Shown: piece by piece, positions 48,370 through 58,267 of the stretch | Numbering within the stretch: position 1 is the stretch's first letter | Layout: every line of letters begins with the position of its first letter | Assembly: GCF_001194135.2 (NCBI RefSeq) | Contig: NC_068981.1 | Coordinates: 113,886,676-113,944,942, forward strand | Length of the DNA: 58,267 nt | Direction of reading: 5' to 3' | From: Octopus bimaculoides | Lineage: Eukaryota | Translations under genes and position numbers: made by a program | The notes under the pieces: model-generated | The model's input: the letters and a program-made list of their open reading frames with translations, nothing else | The model's database searches: none | What the model was told of the DNA's origin: nothing

Positions 48370-49950
48370 ATGTTGTACACATTTTGATAGTTCCATAGCT
48401 TGCGTCTTTAATCTTCTTATAATGTCTTCTAATTAACATTTTTGTTTCTGGTTTTGAGATACCTAATTTCTCAGAATTGGTACTTAGGCAGATTGTTACA
48501 TAGCTTAGTGCCCCAATAATTACAGGAGTAAATCTGAACTTGTAATCCGAGTAGAGTAATGTAAATGTCTCAATAGATTAGCGTAGGTGTTTTTTTCGCT
48601 GGCCTTTAGCTTTAAGTTGACATCCGCTGGGCAACGGATTTCCACTGCTGTACAGAGTCTCTCTTCTCTGTGCCAAATCGCTATGTCTGGTGTATTTTTT
48701 TGCATTTTATCGAGGTTTTCATTGGGACATTCCGCAAGTACTCTTTCATGTTATGAGTGACTATGACCTGTACCATTCTGTGGGTTCCTTTCTCTGTGGC
48801 CTCAGGATTATCCTTCTGACAGATCTCATTGTACAGTGTCTTGACTACATCATCATGTCTCACCAGTAAATAATAGTGCGGTGACATTTTTGGACAGTTG
48901 CTTATAATGTGGTTTATATCTTTGGTGTGAACTCCACAAAGTCTGATCGATTATTACAAACAAACTAGCAGGTCGAAGGGCTTCTAGCATGCACGAGGTC
49001 AAAGGCTTTGTTGTAGTCCAGTTACATTGAAACCAAATTCCTCCTATGCTGTCGAAACTCTCACATTACAGTTTGTTTATCAACAATTGTTCGGCACTCC
49101 CCAGACTCCCTTCTCATCTGTTTGTTCTGCTGTGATAATGTTATTAGCTTCACAATTGGAGGGAAGATTTTAAACATGCTAGATATATTTTATACATTAG
49201 GTACTGACATGCAATTGACTGGTATTATTTTGCCATGTGGGTGAGTCAGCTTTTCGGGATTAGATTCATCTCTGCCGGAGCTAAGTAGTGTAGTATGCTA
49301 CTATTTTCATTGAAAGCTTGCTGGTACAGGTTGATAGGATACGGTGGATTGAAGGTTAACTTCTTGTAGGAGTATCAAACAATCAAATCTTTTCCAGGTG
49401 CTTTCCCATTTTGGTTTTTGAATTACCGTCACGAGCTCACCATCGATGAGTATGTTTTGGGTGTAACGCAAGAACAATAGTTACTTCGAAGGTTTTCCAG
49501 TCACAGACCATCTCAGTTAAACTTCAACTATTCGATCCAGATTTTCCTCCAGAAAGAGTCTACATCTCCTCGCGAAGGAGCTTCGGTGATATTTAGTATA
49601 TGTTCTCTTTTGACTGTCTCCAAACATCACTTCTATCGCTATCAAATGCAGTCAAATGGCTGATGGTCTTCCATAAATCAGCTGTCTTTTTCTCTGTCTT
49701 CAAAACTGGTGATGGCACATTTTTTTTGTTGTTTCGGCTTTGTTTACTTTTTGAGTGTCGCTCCTATATTTATTTCCGGTAGCAGAGAGAGCATATAAGC
49801 AGGCGTGAATCTGCCAGGTTGAAGGTTCATGGTATTGCTGTAAATACTCCTCTCCAATTTCATTAAAAGCTTTTGATACTGTGTCTGTTGGTGTAAACTC
49901 TCTGACGAAGCCCAGAAACACACCACACCCAAGTACTTTAATAATCTTAT
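48370..49950 (-). mobile_element. Internally deleted RLE-type (R4/Dong- or NeSL-like) LINE
   Basis: Minus strand: NGKAPGKDLIV, IAC..LMYKIY, EQLLINK, DYNKAFD, then directly RLCGVHTKDINHIISNCPKMS...RHDDV...NTPDIAIW...VEIRCPAD (RLE). Confidence 0.8.
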
Positions 49951-50891
49951 TTATCAAATACTTCAGTTCACTGAAGGGATGGAAGTAAAGTGGGGTACTA
50001 TGACCTCTTGGCTGAAACAGCTGTAAGAAACTATTCTACTTTCTATGTTCTACGTTATATATATTTTAATAATTACTGGTATTTTTATATATGTAAAGTA
50101 TAATATGTTATACATGTACGTATATTGTTATAATTTAAGAAAAAAAAATAGACATAACAGAATGTCTAAAACTTGATACCACCTCTTGATTCCCTCCATT
50201 TTCTTATTGCCGTATAAATTAAGGGTAAAACAACTTTTTACCCTCACCCATTTATTACATTCAGTAGTGTAATTGCCATGCAATGAAAAAACACTTGTGT
50301 ATTAATAATTGGGTATTCTACCAGCAGTATATTGGATACATATTTTCCCTTAGTGGGTTGGATTCACAACCTCTAACTCTCTTGGAATATATATATATAT
50401 ATATANNNNNNNNNNNNNNNNNNNNNNNNNNNNNNNNNNNNNNNNNNNNNNNNNNNNNNNNNNNNNNNNNNNNNNNNNNNNNNNNNNNNNNNNNNNNNNN
50501 NNNNNNNNNNNNNNNNNNNNNNNNNNNNNNNNNNNNNNNNNNNNNNNNNNNNNNNNNNNNNNNNNNNNNNNNNNNNNNNNNNNNNNNNNNNNNNNNNNNN
50601 NNNNNNNNNNNNNNNNNNNNNNNNNNNNNNNNNNNNNNNNNNNNNNNNNNNNNNNNNNNNNNNNNNNNNNNNNNNNNNNNNNNNNNNNNNNNNNNNNNNN
50701 NNNNNNNNNNNNNNNNNNNNNNNNNNNNNNNNNNNNNNNNNNNNNNNNNNNNNNNNNNNNNNNNNNNNNNNNNNNNNNNNNNNNNNNNNNNNNNNNNNNN
50801 NNNNNNNNNNNNNNNNNNNNNNNNNNNNNNNNNNNNNNNNNNNNNNNNNNNNNNNNNNNNNTATATGTATGTATATATGTTTAGATACATA

Positions 50892-51743
50892 CATGGTGCA
50901 ATGGGTAAATTGTCGCCATTTTATAGTTTTAATTTCGCGCATGCGCATTGTTTTATTTTATACTTTGTCGACTCCACAGAGTCAGTTGGGCACCGTCTGT
51001 GAGAAAAACAGCACCATGACGTAATTCACTCTGCCAGAAATTTGGAAACGACATGCTGCACTGCTTGACATTTGGGCCAGAAGCTCCAATACGAATATTT
51101 CAGAGTGTTGGGGGTATCAATCTGAGGACATGTACCGAGAGTGATAAAAATCAAACATCCAGTGAACATCGTATTGTTTGGAGTGATCACTAGTGATGGT
51201 GACGTTATACCTTCATTCATCTTCCCGCATGGCCTCTGACTCAACAAGGAAGACTACAACAAGTGCCTGGAGGAGGTAGTGCTGCCCTGAGTCAAGAGGC
51301 TGGCTGCTGGAAGACGCTATGCCAGGCAACAGGATTCTGCACCATGCCACACAAGCAGGAGAGCCCAGTCATTGCTGTCAGACAATTTCTGCGACTACAT
51401 CCCCCCTAACATCTGGTCACCTCGCTCCCTAGACTGCAATCCTCTTGATTATTATGTGTGGGGCGCAGTTCAATGAGAGACCAACGAAACTCCTTGTAAC
51501 AGCAAAGATGAAGGTAAGGATTATGGTAGCATACACCAACTTAAAGAAGTAGAACATCCAAAAGAGTTGCAGGAGATTCCGAAGTCGTCTGGAGGGTGTG
51601 GTTGAAGCCAATGCTGATTCTATTGAATAAATTTAGTATTCCAAGATTTTTTAATGTAATTTTGGTAAATATGTCTGTTAAAATGAGATGTCAGTGTTAT
51701 CATTTTTGCGCAATTTAGACGACAGTTTATTCACTGCACCCTG
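50892..51743 (+). mobile_element. Internally deleted DD37D (maT-type) Tc1/mariner element
   Basis: Imperfect 24-bp TIRs (CATGGTGCAATGGGTAAATTGTCG vs CAGGGTGCAGTGAATAAACTGTCG) with TA on both sides; QQDSAPCH...WSPRSLDCNPLDYYVW has 37 residues between the second and third D; most of the N-terminal half is missing. Confidence 0.9.
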
Positions 51744-51761
51744 TATATATATGTGTGTTTG

Positions 51762-51840
<79 letters not shown>

Positions 51841-51847
51841 CTTTGTG

Positions 51848-52065
51848 TCTGTGTTTGATCCTCACCACCACTTAGCAACCGGTGTGGGTGTGTTTACGTC
51901 CCTATAAGTTTGCGGTTTGACCCAAGATATCGATAGAACAAGTCTGTCTTACCCAAAGAAATTACACTCTAGTGTAGATCCATTTGACTTAAAAAGTTCT
52001 TCAAGGAGGTGCCCCATTATGGCTGCAGTCTAATGACTGAAACAACTAAAGATAAAATATAAAAG
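51848..52065 (+). mobile_element. SINE family A-related 3' half (older subfamily)
   Basis: GCAACCGGTG..GGTGTGTTTACGTCCC...GCGGTT...CGATAGAA...ATGGCTGCAGTCTAATGACTGAAACAA.TAAAGATAAAA. Confidence 0.75.
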
Positions 52066-52128
<63 letters not shown>

Positions 52129-53898
52129 CGTGCGTGTGTGTGTGTGTGTGTATGCGCATATAGACACTCAAAGATGCACACAAGCATACCCGTTCCAACC
52201 AATTTCCAAATGCTTCCGCACATACAATATATATATGTGTGTGTGTTTTGGCTTGTATGTTAGTGTGGGTTTTATGTATAAACTATCGAAAATACGCCCT
52301 TGATCTTTACTTTTGATCCAGCGAACCCTTATTTTGATATATTCCATCCATGATAATACCGCTGGTGGGAATGGGGGTGCCTCTTGTAGCACGATCACAT
52401 TATCAAGTATCACTTTTCCTTCCCAAGATAGTGGAATGTAATTTGTGACGTAGCTCGATTGTAACTAAGAATTTTTTTGTTGGTTCGAAAGACTATAGAG
52501 AAAGATGCTGACGAGCAGCTTCCTATGCTTCTTTCTACTTATTTTTTTTTCAGTATGAGTTCTACTTTTTTTCTGTTGTTATTACTGTTGCGTTGTCCTT
52601 CATGTACTTTCTTTTTCGTAGTTACGTTAGCATTAATAAATTAAAACTTCAGATTTTCTTATTGTCAGCCTTTTAAAATTAAGTATTTTATAAACATTTA
52701 TGTAATTTCAGGGAAACATTATCGATAATTCTATGTCCATTGTTACTGCATTGACTTCAAAGATCAGTTTTTTGACGTCTGAGTTGAGATAAGCTGTAAG
52801 ACTCGCGTTTTTTATGAAATGAACGAAGCATTAATAACACTACTTCCTTCTATTAGTTTACTAGTAGAGATTCTTGAGTACCATTTCAATCTTTCTGCAA
52901 GGAGAAAAAAATCAATCAATGTTATGTCCAAACCGAGGTAGGAGCAAACTAGATCGTTCTTCACCATTGTGTTTTGAGTGAAAGCTATTCTTCGAGGTGG
53001 TTTCGAAATTATTCCGTGTAACAACCAAATTCTTTTTATGAAGGTAGTTTTATAACAGAAATGTAATTCCGCTATGAAATTATTTAAACATGTGGGAGTG
53101 AGTTATCAAGTGGGCGAAATGGACTTTGTTTTAATATCGTTTCGGCCTGCATCTGTTTTGCTACGTGACCCAGATTGTTTCTCATTTTGTTTGCTGTCCC
53201 GATTATATTTTTATGCCTAGATAATTTAATTGAAATAACAGTAGAATCTGCGGTGATGATTTCCCTGAGAACAGGATAATTTCGATAATGTGATGTATTT
53301 GATATCTTTGGTGAGAAATCAAGTAAAGAAATACTAGTAATGGACCGAAATATTGACTTTCATCCCAGAAGATTTGAAAAATCTGACAATAAAATACATT
53401 AGAAGAAAAAAAACTGCAAGTCTCAGAACTACTACAACTACTATTATAATTTCTTTTTTTTAGAAAACTTTGGATGTCTATTGATTGATTGCAAATTGAT
53501 CTATATCGTGTATAAATTTCCAGTCAAACAACGCCATTCAATAGGTGAAATCAATAGAATATTCAACTCTGAGATATACCAACTTCAAGTATCCGACCAA
53601 AATCACAGGAAAAAAAAATGTTTTACAATACTTAGTTTTACGATATTTCTGCCTCTCTGTGTTGTCGAGTGGAACCACTCGAATCTCTGAAAAGGACAAG
53701 TCCAGGTCGAATTTCAATGAGGTAATTACCTAGATATTATAATGCAGCTTGAGTGTCTGTATCATTTCTTTCAAGATGTCAATGGAGCAGAGCACTGGCA
53801 ACAGAAAAAGGTCTTGCATATGTAAATTGCTCGCAACTATTTTATCTCGGTGGCAAGCATGCTATAACGAGATCAGTCACACTCTCTCACATTATATA

Positions 53899-53929
<31 letters not shown>

Positions 53930-54843
53930 CTGTGTCTGTGCATGAGAGAGAGAGAGAGAGAGACAGACAGACATCCGTATACAAAACGTCGTAACTTGTA
54001 GTGCTGGCTGTAAACTCAATAGAAAATCTATGATGATAAACTTAAAAGTGAGAATATCGCACTGCTAACACAAAAGTATAACACAGTATTGACTTATAAA
54101 CTTTCAAGAATAGATTATGGTTGTAAAACGAAATACTGTGACTTTGGTAGCAATTAATATATATATATATATATATANNNNNNNNNNNNNNNNNNNNNNN
54201 NNNNNNNNNNNNNNNNNNNNNNNNNNNNNNNNNNNNNNNNNNNNNNNNNNNNNNNNNNNNNNNNNNNNNNNNNNNNNNNNNNNNNNNNNNNNNNNNNNNN
54301 NNNNNNNNNNNNNNNNNNNNNNNNNNNNNNNNNNNNNNNNNNNNNNNNNNNNNNNNNNNNNNNNNNNNNNNNNNNNNNNNNNNNNNNNNNNNNNNNNNNN
54401 NNNNNNNNNNNNNNNNNNNNNNNNNNNNNNNNNNNNNNNNNNNNNNNNNNNNNNNNNNNNNNNNNNNNNNNNNNNNNNNNNNNNNNNNNNNNNNNNNNNN
54501 NNNNNNNNNNNNNNNNNNNNNNNNNNNNNNNNNNNNNNNNNNNNNNNNNNNNNNNNNNNNNNNNNNNNNNNNNNNNNNNNNNNNNNNNNNNNNNNNNNNN
54601 NNNNNNNNNNNNNNNNNNNNNNNNNNNNNNNNNNNNNNNNNNNNNNNNNNNNNNNNNNNNNNNNNNNNNNNNNNNNNNNNNNNNNNNNNNNNNNNNNNNN
54701 NNNNNNNNNNNNNNNNNNNNNNNNNNNNNNNNNNNNNNNNNNNNNNNNNNNNNNNNNNNNNNNNNNNNNNNNNNNNNNNNNNNNNNNNNNNNNNNNNTAA
54801 TTTAATAAATGAAGTAATACGCATATATTAAATGAATTCTTTT

Positions 54844-54933
54844 ATTTCAGACATATGTTTCGAAGATTACAAATGGTTTCTTCCAAACAAATAAGTGATG
54901 TTGATAAGGATGTAATCTTCTCTTCAGGGAAAT
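54844..54933 (-). ncRNA. Type-I hammerhead ribozyme motif with complete core
   Basis: Minus strand: AUUUCC, CUGAAGA (54927-54921), 9-bp helix II GAAGAUUAC/GUAAUCUUC, GAAAC, palindromic ACAUAUGU, GUC cleavage triplet, UGAAAU (one mismatch in helix I next to the core). Confidence 0.82.
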
Positions 54934-55033
54934 ACATAAGAGCAAGCTTAACCGTAAGACATTTTAACCGAATTCGGTTAAAATGTCTTCGAAACATATG
55001 TCGGAAATAAAAAAATTCATTTAACGTATATAC

Positions 55034-55064
<31 letters not shown>

Positions 55065-55129
55065 TGTATACAGGCAGATTTGTATGTTTTATTTTACGTA
55101 TGTACTTGCATATCTAGACATGCTGATAT

Positions 55130-56100
55130 ATGTTTAGATGATAAACTTCTGGAAAGTTTTACAGATTTTTTACAGTTCCAGTGACGGATTGGATTTGTAG
55201 TCTTCGAATCGGGCTTTCTCCTTTCTGGTTTTGAGAAGCCTAATTTCTCAAGATTTAAGCAGTGTGTTACATATCTCAGTGACCAAATAATTATAGCTGT
55301 GAACTTGAACTTTCAATCTGGATAGAGTAACTGCATATTTCTCAATAGTTCAGTGTAGGTTTTCTCTTTTTCACTGTTCTTCAACTGATTTCCACAACAG
55401 TACAGTTTCTATTCTCTATCTCAAATTGTTATATAAGGTCTATTGTGTTTACATTTTATTGAGGTTTTCACTGGGACATTCCATCAGCACTCCTTTTTAT
55501 TATGAAAGGCTTTCACCATATTGTGGGTTCTTATTTCTTTGTCCTCGGGATTATCCTTTCGACGGACCTCGTTATACATTTTCCTAACTACAACATCATA
55601 TCTCATCGGTAGATAGTATCTTGAAGACATTTTTGGACAACTGCTTATGATGCGGGTGGTATCTTCGGTGTTAACTCACAGAGTCTGCATCGGTTGTCAC
55701 ATTTTACTGCTTTTCCTGCATCTCTATCCCTTTTGTGCATCAGGTATTTGGTTGATATTTCCTGTTACTGAATTGCAAAAGCATACCTTCAAAGCGGAAA
55801 GTAGTAATCCGGTTGTTAGACCGGATAGACTGCTTTGAGCTTTCTACTAAAATATCTGTACAAATATGGTCATCTTTCATCTGATGATACATTGAGGATG
55901 ATACATTACGGTAGGGTCGTGCAACTTCTTTGGGCATGTATTTAAGGTTATCAGACAAGAAATGCAGCTCATTAGCTGCCTTCCAAGTCTTATGACATTA
56001 TCAGTCTCATATATGCAAACTTGGTCAAGGGATGTACTTTGACATTTGGTGGTTAAATATGTTGTCGAAGGAGTATGATACGACATTAAAAAACATTTTG
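55130..56100 (-). mobile_element. 3' fragment of the same RLE-type LINE family as 48.4-49.9 kb
   Basis: Minus strand: YAFAIQ.QEISTKYLMHKR, DNRCRLC, and a C-terminal KICKTF; nucleotide-collinear with 48370-48950. Confidence 0.82.
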
Positions 56101-56300
56101 GGTCGATGTTAAGCCTCTGCCGCTTTGTTTTCTTTTAAGGTAGTGGCGGTCTGCCTCACTATTTATGTAGAAATTATGTGTGTTTGTTAGTATTTTCCCG
56201 GTATCACATCAATGGCTCAGATCTCATCAAGCGTCCCATCAAGCAGCCCAAAAAATAAATATATAATTCAGTTGTATACTGTCAACTTAATGTGACAGTC

Positions 56301-56757
56301 CCAATAAGGGAATCATACTGCTGCTATTTAGCCCTAGGAAGCTGAACCGCTTCCTGTCGGCCTTGACACATTTCCTGTATCCTTATATTTGCGAGGGGAG
56401 ACAAGCACCCCCACCCAGCCTAGTCTGCATTCAGGGACATGTTTCTGAGTCATAACTTAATTCTCTCTGTCAGATTTATAATTAGATCATTTCTAATTTT
56501 TGTAATCAGTGAATGTGTTTTCACTAGAAATATATATATATTGCGAGAGGTTGACAGACATCTTCAGCCAGCTGGTCTTGCTAGTTCAGACTGATGACGA
56601 GCAATGACTCAGAAACATGTCTCTGAATGCAGATTAGGCTGGGTGGGGCTGCTTGTCTCCCCCTCGCAAATATAAGGACACAGGAAATGTGTCAAGGCCG
56701 ACAGGAAGCGGTCCAGCTTCCTAGAACTAAATAACAGCAGTATGATTCCCTGTTTGG
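56301..56757. repeat. Long inverted repeat (~146-bp arms, 150-bp spacer), probably Penelope pLTR-derived
   Basis: Arms 56308-56453 and 56604-56750 differ by about 8 substitutions and 1 indel (manual alignment). Confidence 0.92.
56585..56627 (+). ncRNA. Minimal type-I hammerhead ribozyme motif
   Basis: Helix I UUCAGA/UCUGAA (6 bp); CUGAUGA 56591-56597; helix II GAG/CUC with a C.A mismatch at its base; GAAAC 56612-56616; palindromic ACAUGU; cleavage predicted after GUC (56621). Confidence 0.8.
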
Positions 56758-57410
56758 CAGAAATGTTGAATAGTTATGGTCCATTGAAGCTCAGCACTGG
56801 GACTTCATTCTAGATAGAGATGACAAGATCTTTGGTAAAATGCAGTGCCATCCAGCTCGGTGGTTGGTATGGCTTTCTGTTCCGAAGTTGGGAGTTAGGC
56901 ATTCTAGTATCTTCCATATGTTTGTCCCTGCATATCTTTCATGTCTTTTCTTTTCGGAGTAGAGCTTCAGTCCCTCTAGTGTTTCTTAGTAGCTCATCTG
57001 TTTTGCCGAGTCAATCTTTGCGCAGTGGCTCTCGATTGACTCAAGTTCTGTCATCAGTTTGACTTTCTACGATGGCAGCAGTTGGGAGAAGTAATCCAGG
57101 CGACTGAGAACGAAAATTCTTCATAGGAGTAGCATGATATCCTTTTCTTTGGTTCTGAATGATCTGAGAATCTATCCAGCTACTCGCCAATACAATGTTG
57201 CCATCTTGGTAATATGCATATGGAATGATGCACCATTACTCATGTGGATTCCCAGGTCACGCATCAACTCTTACTCTGGGATTGCACTACTTCTTGGTCG
57301 TGTGTATCCCGATTGTAATCAATTTACTCGTATATTGCATTGAGGCCTTTTTGCACCTGTGATACTTTTATGTCATCAGCATAGCTAGTGAAAAAAGCTG
57401 ACTATGAATA
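56758..57410 (-). mobile_element. CR1/L2-group LINE RT 3' fragment
   Basis: Minus strand: SYADDIKVS, MRDLGIHMS..ASFHMHI, ILRSFRTK...MLLL, LSRLDYFSQL, RHERY...WKILE, NGP.LFNI. Confidence 0.85.
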
Positions 57411-58267
57411 GTCAAATTGTACAAGAAATGAGTTAACAACATATATTCTTTTAATATGATTATTCATTACTGATCACAAACTTATAAATAATTTATTATG
57501 AGCAGAATATGTTCAGAGAATACAAAAGCGAATAAGATGATGCTCAGTAGCACGAAAGTTGCCTTCTGATAATGATACGTCTTAAAGGCTTTTTATGATG
57601 AAACTATGGCATTTAGTTTTTTTTCCTGATTCCAGAATATTTTAATTTAATTTTGTTTCAGTTTCGTTGAATGGATTTTAGTTTGCCAAAACATTATATA
57701 ACTGCAAATGCAACTTTAACAGCAACTACAGTCGCAACAATTGCAGCAGCAAAAACAACAAATTGAAAGCGTGATCAAGCAACCTCAATGCAACCATACA
57801 AATTTGCTGCAACTGTATTTTAAATGTAGTCAGCTTACTATTAAGAATACTCAATATAATTAAATATGACTGTTTTCTTTTTCAAATGTGCCATATCACA
57901 TATATATTTCTCAACACAAAGTTTCTTATAAAGACCTTATCGCCATTTATCTTGATTCAGACACACAGCTAAGAGAGAGAGGAGGAGAGTGAGTGAGAGG
58001 GAGAGAGGGAGAGAGGGGGAGAGGGGAGAGTGAGAGATGGGGGGAGAGCGATGAGTTCAAAATGCAGGATCTGGGAAATATGTACTCTGTCTCTTCACCC
58101 ACCAAACCCCCAAGAGCCAGTCTTTTGGAAAATATCAGTCATTAAAGTACTTTGTTACTGGAAAATTGATTTTAATAACTTAATGTATATTAACATATTA
58201 GCATGTTACAATGCGTATATATTTGCAACGAGTTTTTTGTCGTAAATCATAAAACTTACATGTATAT

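Larger units (their letters stand above)
891..54797. other. Assembly gaps (N-runs) at 891-1625, 7021-7208, 27617-27626, 31236-31541, 32847-32926, 33785-33884, 34859-35349, 48017-48088, 50406-50861, 54178-54797
   Basis: Read directly; several abut (TA)n or (GA)n runs. All long X-containing ORFs in the track are artefacts of these gaps. Confidence 0.99.

Noticed and set aside
52500-52810. CTGACGA at ~52.5 kb and GTCT...AGCTGTAAGAC at ~52.8 kb as further hammerheads
   Set aside because: The first lacks a downstream GAAA; the second lacks CUGANGA and GAAA.
53665-53690. TCGAGTGG-AA-CCACTCGA small palindrome
   Set aside because: A single 8-bp stem with no associated element or repeat; plausible by chance.
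610-54824. Long ORFs in the supplied track containing X runs or YIYI/HTHT/CVCV/poly-L/poly-N/poly-D tracts
   Set aside because: Translations through N-gaps and microsatellites; no coding signal.

Overview
AT-rich eukaryotic genomic DNA from a gapped scaffold (10 N-runs, several flanked by TA/GA microsatellites). The SINE families and dense CA/TA/TACA microsatellites look like an octopus (cephalopod) genome; this is my recognition of the repeats, not a database match. I found no host protein-coding exon, and the ORF track is almost entirely N-gap or microsatellite artefact, or fragments of decayed transposons. The window is a transposon graveyard. It holds a near full-length mariner, an internally deleted DD37D (maT) element, a tiny Tc1-type MITE, four tRNA-derived SINE families, several Penelope-like (GIY-YIG) fragments, and a head-to-tail stack of three R4/Dong-type LINEs. 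It also holds two more RLE-type LINE fragments, RTE and CR1-type LINE fragments, an internally deleted Helitron, and an L1/Tx1-type ORF2 facing a separate ORF1. The most interesting signal is RNA-level. There are several type-I hammerhead ribozyme motifs (CUGANGA...GAAAC with a short palindromic helix III). Three have complete catalytic core nucleotides (30.2, 54.9, 56.6 kb) and two are degenerate (36.0, 50.0 kb). At 54.9 and 56.6 kb the ribozyme sits in a fold-back structure whose inverted arm is truncated inside the ribozyme, and a 47.8 kb palindrome starts at the same helix III motif. A separate ~310-330 bp tandem repeat (three units at 2.9-3.85 kb, one dispersed copy at 40.1 kb) has a consensus that reconstructs a hammerhead in each unit, the architecture of non-LTR retrozymes. 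All alignments and folds were done by eye; cleavage activity is untested.
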